From positions 157,498,312 through 157,560,833 of the forward strand of contig NC_068982.1 of assembly GCF_001194135.2 (NCBI RefSeq): a stretch of DNA of 62,522 nucleotides. Direction: 5' to 3'. Of the stretch, positions 39,447 through 50,716 are shown piece after piece; within the stretch, counting starts at the first letter, position 1; each line of letters starts with the position of its first letter. A program made the position numbers and the translations under genes. This DNA comes from Octopus bimaculoides. Its lineage: Eukaryota. A model generated the notes under the pieces. The model saw only the letters and a program-made list of their open reading frames with translations, ran no database searches and was not told the origin of the DNA.

Positions 39447-39955
39447 AATTCGGAAAAGTATTTTTTCTACTCTAGGAAGAAGGCTCGAAATGTTTCGGGA
39501 GGGGGCCAGTCGATTAGAACGACCCAGTACGCAATTGATACTTAATTTATCGACTCCGAAAGGATAAAAGGCTAAGTCGACCTCGTCGGAATTTGAACTC
39601 AGAACATAAAGACAGTCAACGATTCTGCCAGCTCGGCGCCTTGGAAAGGATGAAAGGCAAAGTCGACGTCGGTAGAATTCGAACTCAAAACCTAATGGCT
39701 GACGAAATACCACTAAGCATTTCGCTCGGCGTACTAACGATTCCGCCAGCTCACCGTATTTAGTTCGGAAAATATTTATTTCTTTATTGCCCACAAGCGG
39801 CTAAACATAGAAGGGACAAACAAGGACAGACAAAGGGAATAAGTCGATTGCATTGACCCCAGTTCGGAAAATATTCTTTTCTACTCTAAGCACAAGGCCC
39901 GAAATTTTGGGGGAGAAGGCCAGTTGATTAGGTCGACTCAGTAGGCAACTGGTTC
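39447..39955 (-). mobile_element. cluster of three family A SINE pieces separated by a repeated about 15-bp motif
   Basis: aattcggaaaagtatt at 39447, agttcggaaaatatt at 39762 and 39861, each followed by a SINE 3' tail. Confidence 0.85.
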
Positions 39956-40556
39956 TGCATTTAACTCGGAATATATTATCATAGTTCTTAATTGATTCTT
40001 GTACGACGAAATGAGACTTCTAATTAGCAACAGATAATTATTTAAAAAATAATAAAATAAACAAACTATTCAATACATAAACCATGTCAGAAAATAAAAT
40101 AAAAATGTTTAAGTATAACAAAAGCAAAATTATCATGTTTTTTTTTTTTTGTTCTTTAGTAATTTATTTTTCTATCTCGATGAACATTGAATATGATATA
40201 AACTGGTTCGGTTAATCAGAGTTCAAGTCGAGTTTCCGATTACAGTTTGTGACAAATTATTTGTAGTGGGTGAACAAAATTAAAGAAATCAATGCAAACA
40301 ATTATGGGGAAATAAAAGTTAAGAAAATGAGGATATGAAGAATAAGTTCTTGGAATATAATTACAAACACACAAAAAAAAACTTATATAATATTAATAGG
40401 CACTTGATACACTGAACTTAGTAACGAAAATAGTACTAAGTGCTCTGATTTTTATTTTGTTTTTGATTTATTTATCATTTTTATTTTATCTATTTATTTT
40501 TCGTGGTGGTGTTTGTTTTGTTTAGTTTATTCTTTGTCATATTTACTTTCCTTTAG

Positions 40557-40802
40557 ATATCGTCAGAGCTAAGCGTCTCAGGAAATATGTTAGGGCAATT
40601 GCAGCTTTCCGAAACGGAAGGACACTCCGTCAAGGATGAAATACAAAGAAATTTAACAACTGCAACAGAAACAATGGCAACAACACCGACGACAACAACA
40701 TCAGCAACAAAAGGAAAATTTGGATTGGGTAGTGGAGGTGCAATTGTGATTGCCGAGAGGTTTACAGGCAACTTAGAGACAAGTTTGTGTTCATTGTACT
40801 GA
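40557..40802 (+). CDS. candidate terminal exon, reading frame unresolved
   Basis: Strong acceptor ttctttgtcatatttactttcctttag|; phase 0 frame open 81 aa to TGA 40800; phase 1 frame gives IVRAKRLRKYVRAIAAFRNGRTLRQG* (TGA 40637); could also be pure 3' UTR. Confidence 0.35.
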   Translation: MSSELSVSGNMLGQLQLSETEGHSVKDEIQRNLTTATETMATTPTTTTSATKGKFGLGSGGAIVIAERFTGNLETSLCSLY

Positions 40803-40988
40803 CCTAGAGGGGCCGTCTCTGTTTATTTTTGTATTTAAAGAATGGCTTAAGGACGGGAGTAGGGAGTCGTAATCTTTCACCGTTCGTCGTCGGCTGTGTT
40901 TTGTGTGATTATGTAATTATATGTATGTGTGTAAAACGTACACGTGTGAGTAAACTTACGTCTATAGACACACACATATACATGCACA

Positions 40989-41025
<37 letters not shown>

Positions 41026-41204
41026 NNNNNNNNNNNNNNNNNNNNNNNNNNNNNNNNNNNNNNNNNNNNNNNNNNNNNNNNNNNNNNNNNNNNNNNNNNN
41101 NNNNNNNNNNNNNNNNNNNNNNNNNATATATATATATATATGTGTAGGGAACTCCTCTTTTCAGCTAATTACGACCAAATTGAAGAAAAAGAAAGCCAAT
41201 AACT

Positions 41205-41218
41205 AATAAATAAATAAA
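41205..41218 (+). terminator. overlapping AATAAA hexamers, possible poly(A) signal
   Basis: aataaataaataaa downstream of the 40557 acceptor; common by chance. Confidence 0.2.
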
Positions 41219-41697
41219 CCAAAGAAAGTGCCAGTAAAACCATACACATAAAAATATGAACAAAACATATAGAAAGTGTGTTTTCATGTAATTATACAGT
41301 AGTCAGGATAATAAGTTGTCCATCAGAGATGTTTAACGTTGTTGCTGTGAGACTCACAAGTCTTGGGGTAATTTCCATAGTTATCACATTACCACAGAGA
41401 AAGCTGACGTTATCGTCATCAACCTAACAGTCTTTAGTAGGACCTCATCATCACCAGCTTCACTAGCATCGCTAGTACCCATCATCGCCATAATGATGGA
41501 AAGTAACATCCGCCATATCTATCACCCCACCACCTCCATCACTACGATGAACGCCTCCAAATCGCTAATATCGGCAAAGCCACTGACAACATTCGGTGTG
41601 TCAGAACTACCAAGACGAGACCTCCAATATTGAAAAAAAAAACAAAAAAAAAACACCAATAAATAAAGCCATCAGCCCACTGGCACTAATATTCAAA

Positions 41698-42600
41698 ACT
41701 ACTACTACTACTACTATCACCTCACCACCATTACTAGTACTGCTGCTGTTGATATCTACTACATATTCCGCTGTTACTGCTACTACTACTACTACATATT
41801 CTGCTGCTACCCCTACCATTACCATTACTAGTATTGCTGTTGCTGCTGCTACAAGTACTACAACTTTTACTAGAAGTATTACTACATCTACTACATATTC
41901 CACTATTACTACTAATACAACTACTACATCTGCTAAATATTCTGCTACTACTACTGCTGCCAACACCTTCAGTAGCATTCACCACTGCTACCATCACCAC
42001 CACTACCATTAATTATATTCACCAGTGCCTATACTACTACTACTACTACCAACACCACTACTACCACCAACATCAGTACAACTGACCTCGTTGCTTTCCT
42101 TGACACATTCATTAGCACTGGCACATGTCTACCATGAAACCACCACCATCATTATCTCCTATCCGATGAGGACCACTACGGTATCAAAGAGGACCAACGC
42201 TGACCCCCACCATCATCATGACCGTCTATGCCCTACTACCATGACCACTCCCACAGGCCATCACCATTACCATAACCATCACCACTACCATCACCATCAC
42301 CATGGCCAACAACACCCCAACGGACATCATCACCCTCATTATCCCTAATAACGCCACCACAATCATACGCCGACCACCAATATAACCTTACCATATCTAC
42401 AACAACCCCTTCCTATCATCATCATCGCCACCACCACCACCACCACACCTCATTACTATTTCCCTCACTACCTACAAAACCATCACAACTATCAGCAACC
42501 CAATTCCTACCGCTACCGACCCCAAGACTAAATACCCCACCACCACCACCACCACCTCATCGTCATCATGAACAGCAACAACGTCATCATTACTACGAAT
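41698..42600. repeat. ACT/ACC/CAT trinucleotide low-complexity tract
   Basis: Directly visible. Confidence 0.85.
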
Positions 42601-42746
42601 ACATTTAGAGTAATTTTTCATCGGTGGGTCTTAAATACAGCCGTAGACGGAGCAAAGTGGAGATGACCAGAGAAGCTAATGATGAAATGGTGACAATAAT
42701 AACTGGTTTCATGCAACGCTTGTAGCTGCTTTACTTTAATTCTTAC

Positions 42747-42880
42747 CACCGGACAAAACGTTATCTCTTCAAGTTTCTCTTAATAAGGTCCCAATCGCCA
42801 TTTTGTTCAATTGTCTCTCGTGAAATAGGCTTTTGACGAGCAAATCATTTCCATACTGTCGTCATCTTCCGGTCGGCTTA
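42747..42880 (-). promoter_or_regulatory. promoter / first-exon-like patch
   Basis: Minus strand carries ETS-like CCGGAAG (42866-42872), YY1-like CAAAATGGCG (42796-42805), then donor GTG|gtaaga at 42747/42746. Confidence 0.35.
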
Positions 42881-43637
42881 TTGCATACGAGTTGTGGGTG
42901 GCGAGTATAATATAAATTAGAGAAAGGAAGAGAGGAGAGTGGAATGAAAGAAAGGGAAAGAAGACGGACTGTGATTACAATAGGCACAAACATACGCACG
43001 TTTACATGCACATGCGCCGCATACACATACATATTTATAGAGAGAGAGTGGGGCGGGCGTAAGAGACCAAGAGGAGAATGCGAGAAACAAATAGATCTAG
43101 TAATCGTTATATAGGTTGAAGATCAGCCAGAGAGACTGAAATGTAGTGTTGTAAATATTTAGACATAGGCAATGCATACCTACATATGTGTGTGAGTGAT
43201 ATCGTTTTTGTGTTTGATTTGCAAGATTCTGGTTGTGAATTCGTGTGTTGAAGTACATTTTATTGTCTTGGGAGGATCATTATGCCAATAATAACACACG
43301 AACTGGTTCAATGACACTATATCATTGTTAGTCAATTGGTTTAATATCTAACCAACTAATCGATCGTTTGTACAAAATGCTGGTTACCCAATCAATCGGT
43401 TATTTGTTATTCAAAGTTCTTTCGTCGCCGTTCGCGACCTTTACAGAAATACTTTGACCAACTCATTGAGCAAGCGATATTAATTAATGGACTAACAATA
43501 AAGAAGTGGTATTGACCAGAGCATGTATTATTATTGACGTAAAGACTCTCCCAAGACACAAAAAATTTACGCGCACACACAAGCGCGTGCACATATACTT
43601 CATTATTAAAGCTGCAAAAACATCACAAAAAAAAAAT

Positions 43638-43752
43638 CACAAAAAACTGCTACTCAGAGTTTCACGCTCCCGTTCGTCGGACGGACAGTTTTTGTTCTCA
43701 TTCAAAACTGTCCGACAAACGGGACCGTGTAACTCTGTAGCAGTTTTTTGTG
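43638..43752. repeat. 115-nt imperfect inverted repeat (about 48-bp stem, 8-nt loop)
   Basis: Left arm cacaaaaaactgctactcagagtttcacgctcccgttcgtcggacggacagtttttg pairs with right arm caaaactgtccgacaaacgggaccgtgtaactctgtagcagttttttgtg. Confidence 0.92.
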
Positions 43753-43834
43753 GCACTTTTGCAGGTTTAATGATATAGCATATTATTCTACCACCGGTAT
43801 TCCCACCTTGTTTCACATTTATGTGCTTACTCTG

Positions 43835-43912
<78 letters not shown>

Positions 43913-44090
43913 AGAAATAAATCCTTCTGTTAATTTTGATCCTCATCACACTTGCAATATTAGATACGTGCAGATGTTAATGTAATATCTATAAACCGTC
44001 TCTTCGTTAATGCCATTCCATTCTCGCAACATTCTTTCGGGAATTTTTATTTCCTTTCAACACTCAGGATTTTTCAGCCCTGATTACAAT

Positions 44091-44280
44091 TCTTTCAACT
44101 AGAGGCACAAGGACTGAAATTTGGTGGGTGGTGCTAGAAGACTACATCGACAAGTACTTATAATATCGTTCCCTAAAGCTGGAAAGGCAAAGTCGACTTC
44201 GGCGGAATTCGGACTCATTGGTAGAACTGCCGCTAAGCATTGTGTCTTGAGTGCTAACGGTTCTGCAAGCTCGCCGCCTT
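44091..44280 (-). mobile_element. SINE family A
   Basis: ggaaaggcaaagtcgacttcggcggaattc..gctcgccgcctt. Confidence 0.85.
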
Positions 44281-45002
44281 GGTTTAGTTCATATCAATAA
44301 GAAAGGGGAGGTGTAAATGCCTTAAAGTATTCATGTCTATGCAGTTAGATTTTGGATTCAAATCTTGTCTGGTTCTGTAAATTATTGGGTGGTATGAGAT
44401 GTTGCTCGAATCATAAAAAAATCATTGAGTTATTTAATTACGGCGCGTTATATTCTGAGTCCTAATATCTAAAAAATTAACTTTGGTTTTCATCATTCCA
44501 GGTTCGATGAAAGAATCTTTTCTTTTAGATCGGCAGGTCGTTAAATTAATTTTTTTAAACTAAACACTTTCAAACTTCGGATACTGGTAGAATGTGTCAT
44601 ATAGAACATCTTTCACTCTTAGCGTTGTTGAGAAAAAGCTTCTATTTACGAAGTTATTTCTTCTTAAAGTTGCCGTATTTCGGTAATTTCAACCAATCAA
44701 TGATGTGTATTCAGCTAAATAAAATTAGTGCCGTTGTTTGTCAACAACAATTTCCGGCGGTATATATTTCGTTTGTTAGTGTTATTTAAATGCAACAGAA
44801 TCATAAAAAAAAAAAATAAGATGTCCCACATATCAACCCTTTACACTCAATATTGTCAACGAACCTACAAAGGATTCTCTATAAAGTCATTTAGAGTGCT
44901 TGATATAGTAACTAAAAGTCCCACAAATTATACCATTTTATAATTATCACAATGAAGAGGCATTGAATACTGAAGTCCTAAACGGACTGTGGTTAATTTA
45001 TA

Positions 45003-45475
45003 GTTGCTGTATATTGGTTTCAAATGTTGGCACCAGGCCAGCTATTTTAAGGGTGTAGGTAAGTCGATTACATTGATGCTGGCACTAAACTGATCCTTAT
45101 TTTATCGACACCAAAATGATGAAAACCAAAGTCAACCTTGGCTGAATTTGAACGTGAAGACGGACGAAATGCTGCTAAGTATTTTGCTCGACGTGCTAAC
45201 AATTCTGGCAGCTAACTGCCTTTTGGTTGCTGTGTATTGGTTTCAAATTGTGACGCAAGGCCAGCTATTTCGAAGGATGGAGATAGTCGCTTACATCAAC
45301 CCCAATGATCAACTGGTACTTATTTTATTGACCCCGAAAGGATAATCGATAGGGGAAGTAAGAATGAGAAGACAAATGAAATACGAAGGTTTATTCGGTG
45401 AGATTTGAACTCAGAGTGTACGGAACTGGAACGTAAACCATAAGGCATTATCTGAAGCACAATTGATTCAGCCAC
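45003..45475 (-). mobile_element. adjacent family A SINE pieces with a third tail type
   Basis: gttgctg.tattggtttcaaat tail at 45003 and 45226; tttatcgac/accccgaaaggat body. Confidence 0.75.
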
Positions 45476-45912
45476 TTTTCTGCTTTTGGTATATACTCAT
45501 ATGTATAAACTTACAGTAACATAAATACATACATTCACAGAGACAGAAAAACATATAAATATGTATGTGCGCATGTTTGTGTATATGTGTAGGCGAGCTG
45601 GTGACTGTATTTTTTGTCGACATGAGCGCTTGTTGTTAGCGTGTACTATATGAAACAGCTTTTGTTAGGTTGATAAATAAGTTAAAACAGCAGCATTGAG
45701 ACAGAATAAGTGAGGAAACTAAATTCAATTAATGAAACATATAACGCTGGTAAACTTTCCTACTAGATATAATTAAAAATACATTCTTATGGAAAAAAAA
45801 AACACATAAAAATCTACGAAATAAAATTAGAATAAAGAAAAAATGCAAAATATACATGGAAAATTTAAAATTCAGATCATGAACAGTATTTTTTAAAATA
45901 ATTTGACTTTTT

Positions 45913-45951
<39 letters not shown>

Positions 45952-46903
45952 GTATCTATGTATGTATATATGTATACGTNNNNNNNNNNNNNNNNNNNNN
46001 NNNNNNNNNNNNNNNNNNNNNNNNNNNNNNNNNNNNNNNNNNNNNNNNNNNNNNNNNNNNNNNNNNNNNNNNNNNNNNNNNNNNNNNNNNNNNNNNNNNN
46101 NNNNNNNNNNNNNNNNNNNNNNNNNNNNNNNNNNNNNNNNNNNNNNNNNNNNNNNNNNNNNNNNNNNNNNNNNNNNNNNNNNNNNNNNNNNNNNNNNNNN
46201 NNNNNNNNNNNNNNNNNNNNNNNNNNNNNNNNNNNNNNNNNNNNNNNNNNNNNNNNNNNNNNNNNNNNNNNNNNNNNNNNNNNNNNNNNNNNNNNNNNNN
46301 NNNNNNNNNNNNNNNNNNNNNNNNNNNNNNNNNNNNNNNNNNNNNNNNNNNNNNNNNNNNNNNNNNNNNNNNNNNNNNNNNNNNNNNNNNNNNNNNNNNN
46401 NNNNNNNNNNNNNNNNNNNNNNNNNNNNNNNNNNNNNNNNNNNNNNNNNNNNNNNNNNNNNNNNNNNNNNNNNNNNNNNNNNNNNNNNNNNNNNNNNNNN
46501 NNNNNNNNNNNNNNNNNNNNNNNNNNNNNNNNNNNNNNNNNNNNNNNNNNNNNNNNNNNNNNNNNNNNNNNNNNNNNNNNNNNNNNNNNNNNNNNNNNNN
46601 NNNNNNNNNNNNNNNNNNNNNNNNNNNNNNNNNNNNNNNNNNNNNNNNNNNNNNNNNNNNNNNNNNNNNNNNNNNNNNNNNNNNNNNNNNNNNNNNNNNN
46701 NNNNNNNNNNNNNNNNNNNNNNNNNNNNNNNNNNNNNNNNNNNNNNNNNNNNNNNNNNNNNNNNNNNNNNNNNNNNNNNNNNNNNNNNNNNNNNNNNNNN
46801 NNNNNNNNNNNNNNNNNNNNNNNNNNNNNNNNNNNNNNNNNNNNNNNNNNNNTATATATACAGTATATATACATGTATTTACGTATGCATACACACACCC
46901 AAA

Positions 46904-46946
<43 letters not shown>

Positions 46947-47801
46947 ATATATATAGTGTATATATATATACATACTTAAATATGTATATAGTTATACTTA
47001 TAAACATATATACATGCATATGCTTGTATGTGTATGTGTCTGTCTCTATACCTATATACAGTATGCATATCTATTACATATACAAGTATATGTATGTATA
47101 TATGTGTATGTATGCGTGAGCTAGAGAATGTTCGTGCTGTAAAATAAACTTAAATCTATCGTTTATTAGATTAAAAATTGTGAGTTCGTTTATGGCATAA
47201 GCAATGATTAATTTTGCTTCTTAAATACATTATTTTTCAATAAGTATATAAAAGCATAAGTGAAAAGGTAATAAGATATTACAACCAAATAATTTCATAG
47301 AAAAAATACAATAACTTATTACTATTAAATAAAGTGCTGCTTTTTAGATATACATAATTGTATTTTCTATGTCATCTTTAGCCTCAAGTTTTAATATATA
47401 TTGTTTCAGTGTAGATAAATATTAACAAATATAAGAATTATTTTCTTATGCAGAATTTTACTTCATTTTACATTCTAAAGAATTTTTATTAGATCACAGG
47501 GGAGAAACATTTTCTATTTTGTGAGCACACAAAAATACGTGTGTATGTGTGAGTATGTGTGTGTATCTATATATTTAGACACTTTTAGAAGAAAGAAAAA
47601 TAAAGTCTTTGAAAAGAAATGTTATAACGTATGTAAAATTCAACACTAGAGGAAAAAATAAAAAAGTACTGAATAAAAGTAGTGAAACCATACGAAAACA
47701 TTAAGTAGAATTATCATAAAAATAGCACGCATTGTGATAGATAGAATGTAAAGTTGTTACTTCAACATGGGAATTTTAATGGTATATCTGCACGCGCGCA
47801 T

Positions 47802-47874
<73 letters not shown>

Positions 47875-48351
47875 CACACACACACACACTCATAGACATA
47901 CATATTTGTGTGTGATTGTCTATGCATACGCACGTGGATGTACGTGTTTTATTTATCTGTGTGTCCGTCTAGCTATTTGTCTATCTCACAGGTATTGCTG
48001 TGCGGGTAAGAATCTCCCATTGAAACAACGTTGTTTCATGTTCCGTTCCACTGTGTGGCAGCATTAGCAAGTGTCTTCTATTACATCCTTGCGTAGCCGT
48101 AATCCATTGATTGAAGCAAGACATAGCAAACATATATATTTATAAACACACACACACACCACACACACACACGTCGATGTGTGTGTGTGTATACTTGCAA
48201 GTATGATTGTGCGGTTCAGAAGTTTGCTTCGCGTGCATTCGGTTTTGAGTTGATTTCTATGGTTCTGCATGGCCTTGGAAACAAGACCAGTGCAAGGAAA
48301 CTGTATGTAAACTAGTCGTTAACATGTATACGTGTATACGTTTGTTCCAAC

Positions 48352-48383
<32 letters not shown>

Positions 48384-48569
48384 ATGTATGTGTGTGTGTG
48401 TCCGTGTGTACGTACATATATACACACAGATCATGGGAGATCTAGGGAAAAGCAGTGTAATTTCGTGTTGCCCCTGTGCCTAAAACTGATAGATGTTACT
48501 GCTCATGCTGATAAAGTTTGTGATATACAAGATTGCATTGTAAAAGTTTCGATATTCAACACTGATAAT

Positions 48570-48990
48570 GTATCTTTGAAAGCTTGAGCGGCAATCTGTT
48601 TTGTCAAACCGTTTCAAAGCCAGTTCTTTCTTAGCCTCTGTATTTTACAATTGGTGTCAATCACTGACGGTCTGACCTTCCTCAAAAAAATCTCTACGAT
48701 AAGTCTTGGTACACTTTGCATGTTGGAGTCCGATTGTATTTATAACTCCAAATAGACCACGTGCAATTTATCGTGATTTCAAAAGATTCTAGAGCGATAT
48801 CCTTATCTTGTAGCTCAGCTGAAATGATATTGTTAGATCAGTGTCTTAGCATCAAGGACATTTCTCTTCTGGCACTGAATAATAGTCATGCAGGCTCGAA
48901 GATCACCAAAGATTCTTCTTCTCTTCTAGGAGCTGGACGAGTTTCTTTCAGAAAGGGAAGAACGAATTATGTTCACCTCGGCGTTTAGCT
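48570..48990 (-). mobile_element. possible very old L1/Tx1-type ORF2 3' remnant
   Basis: Minus translation fragments EKCP*C and ITINCTWSIWSYKYN resemble the CxxC and WxIWxxRN region of L1/Tx1 ORF2; many stops. Confidence 0.3.
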
Positions 48991-49090
48991 TCCATAATTA
49001 TATTATGTGCGTGTGTGCTTATATATTTAGCACACACACACATACACATTTGTATGCGGTACTATTTGAACCATTATATGTACTGTCTAC

Positions 49091-50664
49091 AATTTTTTTT
49101 CCTACTTTATCACAATTATTTTCCTAAAAATAACATCATTTAACATACATTATTTTTCTCTTTTAGTAGAAGTTCATCAGTGGTTCAATATCTCTAAGAT
49201 TCACTACTGGTGGCAACTCCTTGAATTCCACCTCCACTCCTGGTGGGTTAACGCTATCTCCACACATCTCTTTCAACTTTCTGTAGTTCTCTTCTTCAAT
49301 CAGTATTGCCTTCATATTTTCTGCGTAGACGTATGAAGGCACCTTCACTCTTACTATTGAATTAAACTTAATTATCTTTTTTTCTGTTTCTACATACTTT
49401 GGGTATGTCACATAATACCACACTCCGTCTCCTCCTCGTATCTCCTTTCCTTTATCTTGTACTTTTTGTTCTGTGTTTCCTTCCCCTATCCTAAAAACCC
49501 TAACCCCAACTCTCCTTCCTGCAGTTGTATTTCCGAATCTTTCTCCGCCGGGACAACCGGTATCTTTACTGGTAACTCCACTTTCTTTTTACTTTCCCTT
49601 TTTTCTTCTTTCTTATTGACCTCAATCACAGTTTCTTTTCTCATCTCTCTCTCTTCTTTTTCTGCTTCTCTGGCGGAGAACTCATTCCTCCGGTCCTCCT
49701 CCTTTTCTTTTTAACCATAGTAGATCCATTTCCTGTTTCTTTTTCTGTTACCATGATCTGGTCCACACTCTCCTGTCTCTGCACCTGTTCTGTTTGTTGT
49801 ACTATTTGGGCGCACCACGCCTTCATGTGGCCCCTCTCTCCACATGTGAAACATATCGGCGGCCTTCCCTCTACACTAACTCTCAATCTTACATCTTCTA
49901 GCAGCACAATCTCATCCATCACACTGTTCAAATCCTCTGAAGTTGCCTGTATTGTCAAATCAATACCATATCCCCAGTAGTTTAGCTTTTGGGTCCTGGT
50001 AGCCTTCAAAATCTTCCCATCCTTCGTATTGTATGTTATCGCTGTCATCAGCCAGTCTTCCTTTAATTCGGGTGGCACCCTACCCGCTCTCACTTTGGCC
50101 ACACGTTTGCCGCAGTACGAAGACAGGAGCAACCATTCTTCTGACCTTATAACCACTGTGGAGTGCTTTATTTCTTCCTCCTCTGTTGTGAAGCGCACCT
50201 CCACAGTGGCGTATTTTCTCCCTCTCGTAATGTAGGTTGTAAGTCTTTTCAATTCCTTGATACACTCCTCTATGACTTCTATCGGCGCAATCTCTATTTT
50301 TCGTTTGGCTTCCTTCATTGTTTTAAATGTTACTGTTCATCTTAGCACGTTGGCCAATAAATCTTCAGGTGGCGTTAGCTTCAGAATATTACCTTCCTTA
50401 GTGATTATTTTTTCACTCTCTTTTATCTTTCTAGGCTCCACTTTTATTTCGCAGGCCTCCAACTCTTGCACGTCTACTCCTTTGCTCGTTGCGGCCGCGT
50501 AACTCGGGTCTTCCTCCGGCGTCTTCTCCATTTTCCCACAATGGGAAACAAAACAACAATTAACGAATTAACAAATTTGGCAACAATTCAAACAACAACT
50601 CAATCAACAATGGCAACAATTCAATAAACAGTTCAACATAAACTCACGTATTAACTTCACAGAG
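49091..50664 (-). mobile_element. L1/Tx1-like element containing only ORF1, short 5' UTR and short 3' end with A8
   Basis: About 130-nt TTG-rich 5' UTR, ORF1 50531-49163, about 65 nt later gataaagtagg-A8; no EN/RT follows. Confidence 0.65.
49163..50531 (-). pseudogene. disrupted gag-like ORF1 (about 456 codons) with CCHC zinc knuckle
   Basis: SYAAA N-terminal motif; VEGRPPI-CFTCGERGHMKAWC (CX2CX4HX4C at 49812-49853); in-frame TGA at 50337-50339 joins two track ORFs; two frame changes near 49645 and between 49588 and 49490. Confidence 0.8.
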
Positions 50665-50716
50665 ACCGCTAAGCAGTTCGTCCGGCGTGCTAACGTTTCT
50701 GCCAGCTCGCCGCCTT
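50665..50716 (-). mobile_element. isolated 5' tRNA-like head of SINE family A
   Basis: aaggcggcgagctggcagaaacgttagcacgccggacgaactgcttagcggt, nearly identical to the family A head. Confidence 0.85.

Noticed and set aside
48950-48990. cgccgaggtgaac-like piece on the minus strand as the missing remainder of the SINE whose head is at 50665
   Set aside because: Far more diverged than the near-perfect head and separated from the A8 tract by about 100 unrelated bases
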